From the human T2T-CHM13v2.0 reference genome, Homo sapiens, in assembly GCF_009914755.1 (NCBI RefSeq), contig NC_060930.1: a stretch of 64,000 bases of DNA; one strand, written 5' to 3'. The position numbers and the translations under genes are program-made. This document shows, piece by piece, positions 1 to 14,261 of the stretch; position 1 is the first letter of the stretch; every line of letters begins with the position of its first letter. The notes under the pieces are model-generated. The model worked only from the letters and a program-made list of their open reading frames with translations, ran no database searches and was not told the DNA's origin.

Positions 1-186
1 CTCAGTTGCCCAATTAGCTGGGATTACAGGTGCCCGCCACCATGCCTGGCTAATTTTTTGTATTTTAGTAGAGACAGGGTTTCACTGTGTTGCCCGGGCT
101 GGTCGCAAACTCCTGAGCTCAGGCAATCCACCCGCCTTGGCCTCCCAAAGTGCTGGGATTACAGGCATGAGCCACCGTGCCCGGCC
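1..186 (-). mobile_element. Alu (AluS-like), cut by window start
   Basis: Reverse-complement Alu left monomer ending ...gagccaccgtgcccggcc at 186. Confidence 0.95.
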
Positions 187-3168
187 TTAAAGGCACATTT
201 CTAATAGTGAAATAGGAAGTTCTAAAGTGGTAACACATTTTCTGCATGCACCTCATTCTATCCATCATATAGGGAATTTCCTGCTGTTCCTTTCTGTTAG
301 GCTGGCTCCAGCCATGCCTGGGGTCATGACTTCCAAGAGACTCACAGCTGGGTCCTGGGTCGGGGGCGTGGGTCTCAGGGTTGAAAGCTAGATGGGGGAA
401 CAGGTATCAGGTTACAAAGGTAAGGTTGGGAGTGGGCAGGCTGTCCCTGCAGGGAGCAACCTGGAGGTCTGACTTTGCTGTTGGACCAACTCTTGGAATG
501 GATACAAGTCTTTTCCTTTTCTCAGAAAGTCTTAGTCTTATTGTGTTCACTCTTCCCTGGACGCTCAAAGTTAAGCTGTTAGAAACTAGTGAGCCTTCAG
601 GGCATGTGTGCTTTTATTTTAAAGGCTCTGTGTGGTCCAGACCTCCCATGTATATTCCCATTCTCTTCTGTTTAACCAGACAGGGACTTCCAAACCTTTT
701 TCACTCTTGCCAGACCCAGCGCCACATCTACTGCTGCCCCTCACCTGACCTTACTTGGCAAATGCCTCTGACTCATCCAAGAGGGACTCTGCAACCTGTC
801 TCACCACACTGAATGTTTGCTGTTCTTACCTGTCCCTTTCTCCTTTATCTTTTCAGGAATGATGTCTTCCTCTTCCTCTTACAGGAGAATGTCCCCTTTG
901 TCCCTGAACTTGAGCATTGGTCCTCCTACAATCTCCGTTGATCTTGTCCCATGACCTGTGTCTTCCATTGCACTGTGACTCTCTCGCTACAGATTATGAA
1001 TAGTCTCACATCTCCCTAGACTCCTACACTGGAAAAAGAAAACCCAAGCCTCCTTCTTCCTTTGAGCTACCAGCACATCTTCCTCCTCCCTCCCAGGGCC
1101 ACCCTTCTTGGAGGTGGAGTGTCCACTCCCAGCCCACACCTGCAGAAGCCTCACCCTCACTCTCTCTCACCGACTTCTTCCACCTCAGCCTTCCTGGATG
1201 CCTGGACCAAAGGACGTTTCCTCAATCATGATCCTCCCCCTCCCCATGCCACGTTAGCCTCCCCTTTTTCAAACTGTGTTTCCCGGGCTGCAGTGGCACT
1301 TCTCTGCCTTGATTTTTCTCATACCCTTGAAATCATTCCTGTGTCTTCTTTCCTAATCTTCCTGCCCTTCCCACTCCCGCTTCTTTCCAAATGTACAGGC
1401 TTTGTTCATTTTCTCTATATGTACATTCTAGCCTTATTTTTCTTTCTTCTTTGGACTTTATCTGTTACCTCTGCGAATGGCCCCTGGAAGTGGGGATGAT
1501 ATCAGTGGGTGTGCACCAGCCCAGCTGTGCCCATTGTTCACAGTATGCCCATTTCCATGGCTATTGCCTGTGCCTTACTGGTTATTTGATATTTAGAATA
1601 TTTGTCCTGCCTAGGAGTCCTTCCTCCAAGATACCTCAAAATCTGTAATTATATAAGACAGGAGAGGTTCTGAAGCAACAGCTATGAGTCAAGAAAAATA
1701 GCCACTCAAAAGACTTTTCATTTAGTTCATTTAGTAAGAATTGCTTCTTTGAGATCCTGCTCACAAGGCCTGGGTGACAAAAGCCCACTTCCCCACCCTC
1801 TTCTGCTCCTCTCTCCCAATGGAAGTCACTTCTTCCTTCTTTGTGCTCCTACAGCACTTTATTTGGGTCTGTAATTACACATCATTATTAATAATGTACA
1901 CTCTGCCCTTTATTATTTGTGTATGTCTGTCTTTATCTCTGCAATGACTATTGGTTTTTCATTTCCTGTAGTGATTTAAAATACGTACCCATCATGGGAT
2001 ACATGTTGACTGAATCCACCTGCATTGGGATGACTGCTGCAGAAGGCATTGACTCTGTTTCATCCCTGCACTTATTTGGGCTCATGTGCAATGCTGAGCT
2101 ACCCAGAGGACATCTGTGTGAGTTCCAGCAGCAGCAGCCAATCAGCTAATCATCCTTTTTCCAGTGCCAGGCGAGGTTGACTGGGACCCTGAGTTTGGTT
2201 CTACCGTTTGGAAATAACACAGAGGATTACTTCTTGGGGTCTCTCAGCCAACCAAAGTCACTTCTTAAGACTGGGCCTTTCTACAGAGGAATCTTAGGAG
2301 CAGAGGCTCTTAGATCAGATGAGAAAAGGGTGATGGAGAATCTGGTTTTCCTTCTCAGATCGTTCCTTTCAAGTCCCATCCTAAAGACTTCACCAACGCT
2401 GAGGTCCAACTATCCTGATCAGAATTCAAACCAGGTTCCCATGAGCACTGGCTCATCCACAAAGTTAGTAGGCTTGGTAATGGCCAGGCCTTGAATTCCC
2501 AGAGTCTTGGATTGACCCAACCAGGGAGTAGTTGGAGAGACACATGACAAGGGCCATGCCCTGGAAAGCTGGGCCAGAGCACCTATCAGTTGATCACAAT
2601 TGCAGGGCATGAGGTGAGAGAGAAAAGTAACAGAGTAACCAAGAAGTCGCCCTCCTAAATTGGAGCAAGGTACAAAATGACCTAAAGTATTGGGGTGGCA
2701 GGACTGACTGTGCAGGGCACCCTGTCTGGGGCTGATGGACTGGACATAGAAGGATGAGGAAGTTGTCAGCACCAGAGAGTTGATGCTTATCTCCAGGAGA
2801 TCAGCTGGGTGGTACGGGGCTGACCATAGAGTTAGGACGGGTGCTTCCTCACAGGGTAGCATGGAAGAGAAGGTTTTATTGCAGTAAGAAATTTAATCCC
2901 CTGGCAAAAGCAGTAATACCAGGATGACTTAAACTAGCTGGTAAAGTGGGAAGGAGGGAAGGGAGATGGAAGGGGTGAGGACAGACGGATCAGAATTTGT
3001 GCTTTGGGCAAGTCATACATACATACGATTTTGTGGATTTTGTCATGGTTAGAGGCAGGAGGGCCGTGATCAGCAGGTTTTCACTATTACGCGGGTCCCT
3101 AGACACATTCTTGACTTTCAAAATTTCATCACAGATATGTGAAAGATTCTGTGGAAGAATATAATAGC

Positions 3169-3364
3169 AAAAAAAAGAAGAAGAAGAGGGAGGGGAGAGG
3201 AGGAGGGGGGAGGAGAAGGGGAGAGGAGAAGGGGGGTAGGGGGAGGAAGGCGAGGGGGACGAGGAGGGGAAGGGGAGGAGGGTGGGGGAGGAAGAGCGGA
3301 GGGGGAGGAAGGGGGGGTGAGGAGGGGGAGGAGGAGGAGAAGAAGAAAGAAGAGGAAGAAGAAA
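3169..3364. repeat. GA-rich homopurine low-complexity tract
   Basis: ~196 bp with only about 6 pyrimidines; GAA-rich ends around a GGA/GGGG core. Confidence 0.95.
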
Positions 3365-6300
3365 CAACAAACTAAGGATTCTGCCTCTAAACTGACAGTA
3401 GTCAATTTTTATCAGCTTCCAGAAGCTTCTTTTTTTGAATACTCAGTTAAACATGCATCACCTTTGTTTTAGGAACTTGGAATAGAAAACAGAGTACAAA
3501 GAACTCATCAGAACACCACAGACAGGACCTCTTGATCACTGGAGAAGCTATTCAGGCAGCCACTGTCCCCAGAGAACCCCAGGAAAGAACAAAAACAGGG
3601 GTGTCATTTTGGAGCCTTCAGTCAAGAATCATCTCCTGTTCTTGGCTGGGCTGCCATGAGGGTGGGGTGCACACAGAGCCCTGGGAAAGGAAGAAAACAC
3701 GGTTGCAACACCACTATTTTGTTTCTTCTAACACCCTCCTTTTTCCCCACTCACATTTGAGCACTTACGGGCATCATTTGTTCTAAAACAAAGGAAGAAA
3801 AATATATCTGTTATGAGTTCCCTCTGTGCTTGACTGAGTTACCTGGCATTGGGATGGCTTGTTTTCTGGGATGCCCAGAGCTGTACACATTCCTTTCTGG
3901 GGTGAATACTTCGTATAGAGAGACATAAACAGCCAACTAGGCTGCAGGGAGTAAACCCTGTTACTAACTTTTCTTTCTTTGGTGCTACATTCCTGCGGAG
4001 ATAAATATATAGAAAGACAGACAGATTATAAAGGAGGAAGGGCATTGTGTCAGCATGAGGGCTCCAAGAGAACAAAAAGGGTTATCGCGTGCAAAGGTTG
4101 AAAATAGAATTTAAAGCTATCAGGACTGGGGAAAGAGTTGAGGCCTCCCAGGAAAAATCTGCAAAGAAAACTTGAACCTTCCAGGAAAACAAGCCCTGGG
4201 TAGAGTTGGGTGAAACTGAAACCTGAAAATCCATTTTCCAGAAATGCGATTGGGCAGAGAGGAGGGAAGCCACTACTATCAAGTTTTTCCCAGAGCAAGC
4301 AAGGCACGCTGGCTTTGTACAAAGAGGCTTATTTAGAAGCTGCCCTGAGCTGAATGCAGGCAGGTGGGGCAGGGTGGGAGGGTGGGATGGGTCGTTGAAA
4401 TGAGCCATCCTAACCTTTCAGACAGAAACAGTGCAGCCTAGCTGCTCTGAGGTGCATGTTTCTAAAACAAGACCTGGAACATTAATTTTACATTTCAGTC
4501 TCTTTGTAAAAAGCAGATGCTCCTCGCCCACCCCCTTGTTTTTTTTTGGCAAGCTTGTGAAAATCCAACGAACCAAGTCAAGGCTGTCCGCTAGCCACGG
4601 GTGCCTTTATCTTGTGGAGTATCTGTTCCTTTGTGGATCAAGCATGGAATGAAAACCGTGCTGAAGAAAGGTCGCTTCTCATTTTAGACTCCATTTCAAT
4701 GGGTAGTTAACCTCTGAGTCAACCGACTCTGTACCCATGTTCAATTTCCTCCGCCTGTTGGGCTCTTCCATTTACCCTCTTTTATAATTAGAGTACATCT
4801 TGTTTACAGTGCACAAAGCTGGTTTAAGATCCAGTTGGCCATGTGCCCTCTCGTTACAGGACCGTGCTCAGAACAGTCAGCTGTGAGTGCAGCCAGTGGG
4901 ATGAAAAAAACTAAGGGAAGGAAGCTGCCCTTTAAGGAACCTCGGCCTTACTGATTAAAGTAATAATTAAGCCATTATATCTGTTGGGGAGCTATTTGGG
5001 CTTGCCTGCTACCTTTTCCAACAAAAGCCCTCAGCCAGAGATTCCAGCCAAGCACCTCATTATCATGTGGGTGCCAGGGCGGCATGCCAGGATCGGCACC
5101 CACCCCAGGCAACATGGTTTAAATTTTAAACACCTGTCATCTCCCTGCCTCCATGTATCATTCATTTTCAGAGGGGAAAGTGACCCTAACAGGAAGTGGG
5201 GCTGCCTGATTCTGGGTTTGCCTTTGAAAGCCAGAAATGACCCTTCTCCTGAAATTTTATTCCAAATTTAATTTGAAGCTATCTCAGTCTAGAAATAGAT
5301 TTGCATTGGCATCTCTTGTTGCAGTTGGTAAGGAAAGGAATTTAGGATTCAATTAGAATTGGTCTTCATTCTTAACAAGATTGTTGTCTTAAAGACAAGA
5401 AATATATAGCATGTCTCACTGCATCCCTCCACTCCCCACCATGGCAAAAAGGGCCCTGGCATGCATATGTGATTTTGTGACATGCAAAGATCCACTTTTA
5501 CAACTCCATGGAGGCATATCTTATTTAGAGAACACTAAGGTAGTTTAAGGCTCTCACTGGCCACTTGCCTTCTTAAAACAGAGACAACCTATGGATTAGA
5601 GAGGAAGCAAGACTGGAGAAGGCAGTTTGCACCGATTGGGGCAGGGCAGGTAGAGGAGTGAGCATGGTTGTAATAAACTGGGTGGAATTTAAGGTCTCAG
5701 TCCAAAGGCATCCCATCTTGCTCCTTCTGGACCCCGTCTCAAGCCTGGCTCCAGCTCCTGAGTCCCACGGCTCTCCAAGGCCTCTTTCTGTTCATCACAG
5801 CCTACGGAGAGAGATGCAAAGTGGTTTGTGTTTATTTTAGAAATAATCTCAACGTTGCCAGGAAAAGGCTTTCTGGAAAATGCTGCAGAACTAAAGCTGG
5901 TCCAGTAGAAACCGGTGTAAGTGCAAAGAGCAGAGCCAGCTCCTCCCCAGCTCTTTCCCCAGGCTGTTCTTCCTGCTTTTTGATCTCAGCCTCACTCTAC
6001 TCCATCCCTTCTTGATCCAAGTCCAGAGTCTCTTTCACACCAGCCACGCTGCCAGCATTGTCGGGAGGTTTGATGTGGTGTGAATTCCTGCCCCTGGGAG
6101 ATGGACGGAGAAATTCACAGAATCTTGGGAAAAGAGAGCTTGGGAAAATCCTGAAGTCTCTCTTTGCAGCCTTTCTTCTACCAACAGACAAGATGGAAAC
6201 TGGCCATTTCAGAGCACTGGCTTCAAGGATGTCTAAGGGTAGAGATTCCTTGGGCTTGTGGGCAGGGGCTCATTTCTGTGTGTTGTTCCAGATGGTCCAG

Positions 6301-6958
6301 GTTCTTCTGTCTGTCCCATTAAAATGTATCCTTCTTGACACCCGTGATGGCCCTTTTGTCAAATCCTAATTGTATGTTTGTGGGTTTGAGTTTTCTATTC
6401 TCCAGAAAGTACCATGTTAATACCAATCCAGTCTTCCATTTAGGTCCACATTAATCAGAAGTATTCACTGGTGTCTGGTAAATATCTGGTGTTTTTGAAT
6501 TTTGGAAGTGAGGCTAGATGCATTTATTCATTCAAAATTAATTTTGAGTGTCTAGTATGTGCCAGTCACTGCTTTGTGTACTTGGGGAACAAGGAAACAA
6601 CAAAAAATTGTTCCCTTCAAAGCTCTCATTATAAGGGAGAGGGGAGTGTGGGATACAGATTGCCAACAGTAAAGAATAGATAAACCGCATACATTAGAGT
6701 CTTAAGCCCCACAGCAAAAAAGAAGAAACTGGGTGTTCTGGCCTGCAGCCGGGACAGTAGAGAGAAGATTGCATTGAAGTTTCCAAGTGCAATTTTACTG
6801 AACCAGTGAGAAAAATGACAAGAGTTTCTATTTCTTCCAATGAAGAATGGGTCTTACCTATAAACAAGTGTTAGAAGATATATGTGCATATATCCACCCG
6901 TCATCTTACTACTTGCAGACTTAGATTCTGTAGACATTTATATCTATAAAATGATACT

Positions 6959-7063
6959 CAGAATATTATTTCATAATTATGTAAATTATTATGTATACAT
7001 TATATATGTGTACAGAATATTATTTCATAATTATGCAAATTATGTATACATTATATATGTGTA
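6959..7063. repeat. Two-copy tandem duplication (54 + 51 bp)
   Basis: cagaatattatttcataattatg(t/c)aaatt(att)atgtatacattatatatgtgta at 6959-7012 and 7013-7063. Confidence 0.9.
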
Positions 7064-7096
7064 CACACACATATAATCATACATATTATACATACA

Positions 7097-7420
7097 CAGT
7101 TATGTGCTGCTTAACAATGAGGATCTCTTCTGAGAAATGCTTCATTAGGTTATTTCATCGTTGTGTGACCATCAGAGTTACACAAACCGAGGTGGCATAG
7201 CCCACTACACACTTACGCTATACGGTAGACCCTATCATTCCTAGGCTGCAAACCTGGACCCCATGGTACTGTACTGAATACTATAAACCACTGGGATGCA
7301 ATGGTAAGTATCTGTGTAGCTAAACATACAAAAGTACAGTAAAAATACTATCATCTTACAGGACCACCATTGTATATGCATCTGCCTTTGACTGAAGTGT
7401 CATTGTGTAGCAAGTGAATG
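7097..7420. mobile_element. Tigger3a-like Tc1/mariner non-autonomous DNA transposon
   Basis: Ends cagttatgtgctgcttaacaatg... and ...gtcattgtgtagcaagtgaatg-TA match recalled Tigger3 TIRs; internal ctaggctgcaaacctg...tactgtactgaatact. Confidence 0.85.
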
Positions 7421-9404
7421 TATATTACAATTTAAACAATACATGCCCTCAAGGAATTTTGATATCTCTTTCAAGTCATGTAGATATATAGCACATTTCC
7501 AGCTCCCCGAATAGTTTTTTTGCTTATTCAGGAATAATTTTCTAACCTGACCAATTTACATCTTTTGATCCCGTAAACCATAGAAGCTTCTCCCTGTTTT
7601 CGGCCCCATCCTGCTGACCTGTCTTAAAGCTAGTCCATGCTGGCTTTCAGCCTTCAACTGCCACTGGGAGTGACAAGGGTTCTGGAAGGCTGGGCTGGCG
7701 TGGCAAGGGGAGACTCCCCTGAAAGGAAGAATGTCCCCAGGGAGTGCGGCGTGGCCAGCACATCTTCTCACACTTTATTCCTGCTCTGAAACCCAAGTCA
7801 GAACTTCAGTTTCTGGTTTCTTTGAAAGTACTTGGTGAACAAATAAGCAAATAGGGGATAAGGAATGTCCAGTCATTGTTTGAGGATTTTCTGGAATTTG
7901 GAGCATTGTTATTTTAGTTGTTTAGAAAAGGCTTTGGTTGCCTGTTTATCATACAGTGCAGGCTCATGAATAACTTCCTGGGGGACTGGCCCACATTCTT
8001 GGTCCGGTTGGCGTCTCTTGCCCAGCAAGGCTCATGCCGGGCGTCTTCCCAACATCCTGTCTGGGAATGACCTTCTTTTCTCTGCTTACTAAGCTCCGAG
8101 AGTCCTTATTGAAATGACCTCCTGCACAGGAAGGCCTGCTGTGGCGCCTGGCAAGAGAAAACAGCCCTGGTTTCTAGGAAGTCCCACAAATACACGCACA
8201 CACACACACACTCTGGAAGTCTTGTTAGGAAGAGGTGACATGTTTATGTTCTTCCACGCGTCTGATAAGGAAAACCAGCAGACATTCCAGAATGTACAAA
8301 ACACGGGTGAGGACAGGTGCAAGGACCACAGCTGGAAACCAGCGAACACAACAAACCGCAGCTGTCCGGGCCATGCCACGCTGGTGTGGGCCAGAGGGGA
8401 AACCAAGGGCGTGCGTGTGTCTATGTGTGTCTGCAGATGCACTCAGGCTTAAAAATTAGAAGCCTGCAAAGCCCCCTGCATTTAAGAGAAAAAAAAATAA
8501 TCATGGAATTTTTCTGGCCATCTAGAAAAAATTTTGCTCTTGCCAAAAACATTCAAAAGCTATCAGGATTTTTTTTTAACTTATCTAAATGATATTAGTG
8601 AGTGCAGGGGAATCCCAAACAAAGGGACAGTTGTGTTCTTTAAATTCACTCTTGGTTTTAAACGAGACCTGCTTGAACATAATAAAGAACTTCAAGAAGC
8701 CCTCTTACCTTGGTTGAATGATAAAGTGTTTAGAAATAATACCTTCATGATTATCATGTACAAGACATTCATCTTATAAGGACTCTGATGACTAGAGAGT
8801 TCAGTGCCTTGCCTCTGGTTGTAATGCAGAAGCGTGATTCCCACTTAGGGGTGTTCAACATGCCATGGCCTCCCTTTCTCTGTGATCAAAGTTAGCATCA
8901 CAGTTGAGTGACCTACCCAGGGCCCTGAACTCACAAGCATCTCATATCCGGTTTAACATTCTGCTGTTGCCATGGTAAAATCTTTAATAAGGATTAATAA
9001 ATTATTAATCCTTAATGAATCCTTAATACCTTTGAACTCGGATCTTGCAGGTGTACTCCAACATGAAAACGGAGCATGCACGTGAGCTGAGTAGTGACAT
9101 GCAACATGCATGTCCATTGATCCTTGCTGCTCATTCACATACAGTGTTCGCGATGCCCCCTGGACACAGAATTCCAGTGGACCCACCACGTGTGGGGATT
9201 CAGGGGAGACTCAAAGCAAATACAAGGTAAGCATGGACAACCAAGGAAGGTGAGGTGAGGAAGGAGGAGGGACACTGACAGCTCCAAGAGGGCACATTTT
9301 CCATTTGAAGCAGAACTTGCTTTGACACAAGAAAGAAGGCAATGGCATTCTATTAATAACAAATACTAACGACCAACGGACCCTATTCTGTTCTTTCTTA
9401 CTCA

Positions 9405-9905
<501 letters not shown>

Positions 9906-9985
9906 TCATGTATAAGCTGAAAAATATGAATTACATAATTCCAGTGATTCTGCAGATGAGTTAAATACTCTCATATTTGCATTTA

Positions 9986-10355
<370 letters not shown>

Positions 10356-10999
10356 TAAAATTCATGCTAATAATTTAAAATTTTAATTTTTCTTGACTTA
10401 GAACAACACTAAACAGCAGATTTTTTTTTTTAACATCATGATAAATTGAGACACTGCAGAAGGAAGGAAAAAAGCTTTATTTTATAGTACCTTTGACAAT
10501 AGTTTCTTCCCCCACTTTTAAACAGTTTTCATTTGCACTGGGTCTCATGAATACAGAGCTTGCTGTGCTGGTGATAAATAGAAATTTTGGCAGAAACACA
10601 TCACATGGTCGTTAGGCTTAATCTTGGAGATTTGTGTAGCTTATGTCTACTAGTGCTCACATCACCTCTACTTAGGATTTCATTTTAGCAATTGTCTTTT
10701 TTTGGATTCCCCCAGAAGCATACCAAGATGAGAATTAAAGTGGGGACGTGGTGGCCCTGACAAGAGAAACCTGTGTAAAGGGCTTACTGGAGAATACAGA
10801 GGGTGTGGGAATGATGAAGTAGTCAGGTTATTCAAGGGAGCTGAAGGGGCCACTGAAAAATGTTTCATGAGAAATGTGTGTACTTTCCTCAGCAGAGGCT
10901 ATGCCGCCTGCCCTTCCCCTCCCTTTCTCCATCGTTTCTGGATGCTAGGACTTCAGAATTTGTTTAGGAGGAGACACACATTTGTGATGGAAATCACAG

Positions 11000-11394
11000 T
11001 GTTATGGCTGAATTATGTCCCTCAAAATTAATATGTTGAAGTCCAAACCCTCAGGAGTCCAAACTCTCAAGAGTGTGACTGTATTTGGAGATAGGGACTG
11101 TATAGAAGTAATGAAGTTAAAAAGTAAAGTCATGAGGGTGGGCACTAATTCAATATAACTGGTGTCCTTCTATGAAGATGAGATGAGGACATAGACGTGC
11201 ACAGAGGGAAGATCATAGGAGCGCACAGGGGAAGATGCCATCTGCAAACCAAGGAGAGAGGCCTCAGGAGAAACCAACCCTGCTCACACCTGGATCTCGA
11301 ACTTCTGGGCTCCAGGGCTGTGAAAGAACACATTTCTATTGTTTAAGCCCCGCAGTCTGTGGTACTTTGTTATGGAAGCCCTAGCAAATGAACA
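11000..11394 (+). mobile_element. MLT1A/B-type MaLR solo LTR
   Basis: tgttatggctgaattatgtccctcaaaa...gactgtatttggagataggg...gccctagcaaatgaaca. Confidence 0.85.
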
Positions 11395-11534
11395 CACGTG
11401 GTTAGAAAAAAAATCCATCAGGAAACATGAAACAGAGTTCCTTGCTAAAATGACCTTGGAAGACATGATGAGAGATCAGAATGCTAGGGCAAGAACAGGA
11501 GATGAGTCTACAAACCTGGGGCAAAACTGGAAGA

Positions 11535-12680
11535 GTTCTGAGGGCCAGCTCTGCCACGTAGTGGATTTGTGGTCTTGGGTAAGGTACTTAATCTCTTGGT
11601 GCCTACATATTGTCGACTGTAAAATGAGCTTCAAATACAGTATACATGATAGAGATGCCATCAGAATTAAATGAGATAATGCTTGCAAAATGCTCAATAT
11701 GTTAGCTCATCTTGTTTTTCTGTAGGAAGTAAGAACTCCTTAAGGACTAGCATCATGTTTTCTTCTGCTTTGGAAGTAAACTGGAAGCATGTCTTGAGTG
11801 TTAGCCTTTCACTTCAAGGAAACAAATCTGTGTGGAAGTTGAAGTCTAGTTGGGGAAAACCAGATACACAAAGGAAGTGATGAAGCTAGAATGTGCAGTT
11901 CATCAGTGGATGCTTACCACTTACCAGAAACTGTGTCATACACCTGATTTCATACCCATCTCATTTTAATCCTCTACAAAGTTATGAGATGGATGTCTTT
12001 GCCTCATTTTCAAAGATGTGAAAACAATTGGCTAGAGTGGTTAAAGGATTTTTCCAGAGCCTGCTGCCAGTAATTTACGGAGCAGGAATCAAACCTAGGT
12101 GTGTGGGTATCAAATTCATTTATGCCATGACTATTAAAATAAAACTTCCTTTCAAATTATCTTCCTAATTACCCTGCAAGGCAGGTGAGGACCTATTGCT
12201 AGCACCATTTTATATATTAGGAAAATATGACCCAGGAAATCCTGAACCATCCAAGTACGTACCCAATGTTAAGTGTAAAGCCAACTCAGTTCCAGTGAGG
12301 TTTTCTGGCTCGTAATCTGGTGATATTTAGCTACTTAGATACTGTTTAGATATTCAGATTCTCAGTGAGTGACTCACAAGATTATGTCTGCGAACTGTGG
12401 CTAGATTTCATTTTGAAGGAAGTTTTGGAATGCCACTTTTCCTGTATAGGATGGGAAACCCATTGATGTCAGCCACGATCCCAGGGCAGCTGGAGTGCTG
12501 TGGGCCCAGCATGGGCTTGGGGGTCAGAAGACAGAATTTTTGCTCTGGTTCTGCCACAAATTGGCTGAGTGACTTTGAACACTTCATTCTTCTTGGCCAT
12601 GAGTTTCTCATCTGCAATTTGGAGAGACTGTACCGAATAATTTCCAAAATCTGTTAAAAATCTGATTCTATGAAATGGAA
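11535..12680. mobile_element. Cluster of MIR fragments in both orientations
   Basis: MIR core-like words: ctgtaaaatg...attaaatgagataatg (~11620-11680), cattttcaaagatgtgaaaac (~12005), gagtttctcatctgcaatttgg (~12600). Confidence 0.6.
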
Positions 12681-13686
12681 TCTCCGGTTGGGCCTAAGAA
12701 ACTAGTAAGAAGCCCAGAGACGTATGGAGGTAGAGATTGCCCTCCGTTAGTCTCAGCAAGAAGGAAATCACCTTCCCCACAAAAAAAAAACCATTTTATA
12801 GCTGAAATTGCAGAGAAGCAGTGGCACAGGCAACATTGGTGGGTGGGGGAAAAGTCCTTATTAAAATCTTGGTTACAGGAATAAGTCTACTGGGGACTTA
12901 AAGAAATCCCATTTGCACTCCAAGGATCAGCAAGTACAAATCCTACAAGAACTCTCTGGCCATAGAACAGAGAGTCCTAGAACAAAGCCTGTTTTGATCC
13001 TTTGTCTTGGTTAAGGGTGACACCATATCTCCAGCATAAACGACGACGATTGCATTGTTCGCATGCCGGTAATAGAAAAGGAAAACACAACCAGGCTGTT
13101 TGGTTAGTTTTGGCATGCACAGTTCAGGGTGGGAAATGCCCTTGGGTTCTGGCTGACCACCTGTTATTTAATTTTTTAATAAGTGTGCCAGCTTCAAAAT
13201 ACCAGAGACTCTCCTTGAAGGGTAATCACAAAGAATTGAATGTCCTGGTATTTGGAACAAGCATTCTATCTAGCTTATTGGCATCATAGCCCTTACTGTA
13301 ATATCAGCGATAACAGCAGTAACCGCAACAAGAGCCCATGTCAGGTCCCTGGGGATCTCCCAAAGAAAACCTTTCCATTTATAGCAAAAAACAGTAAAGA
13401 AGCAGGGATCTGAGGGGGAAACATAGATAGTTTGTTCCCGTGGTAGCACTTCCCTCGGTATTCTAGTGCGGGATTAGTGGGCTTCAAAGTGGAACTGCCT
13501 CCAGCCTCAGTGGGCCTGGGACCATGCCCATCAGTTATCCACTCTGGTTTTGGAGGTCACTGTGTGATCTTGGGCTGACCTTGGAAGCTTCTGACTTACC
13601 GGCCTGAGGTTCGCATAATTGCAGGGCTTCTATGTTCTGATGGCTAAACTGGAAAGCATGGTATTCATGCTGGATACCTCGTCCAA

Positions 13687-13845
13687 CAGGTGTCACCATG
13701 TGGTCCATAGACCGGCAGCATTAGCATCCCTCTGGAGCTTGTTAGAAATGCCCCACCCTAGATACAGGGAATAGGAGCCTGAATAAGATCCTTGTAACAA
13801 GATCCTGGGGTGATTCATTTGCACATTTTAGTTAGAGAAGCCCTG
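13687..13845. mobile_element. MER5A1-like hAT-Charlie MITE
   Basis: accggcagcattagcatc...gagcttgttagaaatgc...aacaagatcctggggtgattc...agagaagccctg. Confidence 0.75.
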
Positions 13846-14231
13846 AAATGAAACCATACCACCCTGCATATCTGGGAGGTAGATTAGCCATTCACTGGCC
13901 CAGGACTGTTTGGTTGTAAGAAGAAAGAACTTACTTTGGAAATTCAATGGGTACAATCAGAGCTTTTCTGTTTTCTGCTCTGTGATATTACCTCTTTTCA
14001 GCCAAAAGGAAAAGGTTCTTTTATTTAGAAAAAAAAAGTATTTGGGGAAAAAATAGCTGAAACAATTCACATAAAAGAAAAAAACATGCTTAATATCTCC
14101 ACTTAAAAACACATGAATAAATAAGTTTAGGTCCTCTTGCAACTTTTCTAATCCTACCTTCAAAATTATCCACTGTTAACCAATTTCACGGGTATCCCAC
14201 CAAAAATACTATGTTTATATTTGCATTATAT

Positions 14232-14261
14232 ACACACACACACACACACACACAAACACAC
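14232..14261. repeat. (CA)n microsatellite
   Basis: Direct reading. Confidence 0.9.

Noticed and set aside
2177-2862. Overlapping 105-147 aa ORFs on both strands
   Set aside because: No recognisable domain or pseudogene hallmarks; lengths compatible with chance.
2990-3405. Pro/Ser-rich and Gly/Arg/Glu-rich ORFs
   Set aside because: Translation of the GA-rich low-complexity tract.
9095-9116. CATG-rich p53-like site (gacatgcaacatgcatgtcc)
   Set aside because: Half-sites deviate from RRRCWWGYYY at several positions; insufficient support.
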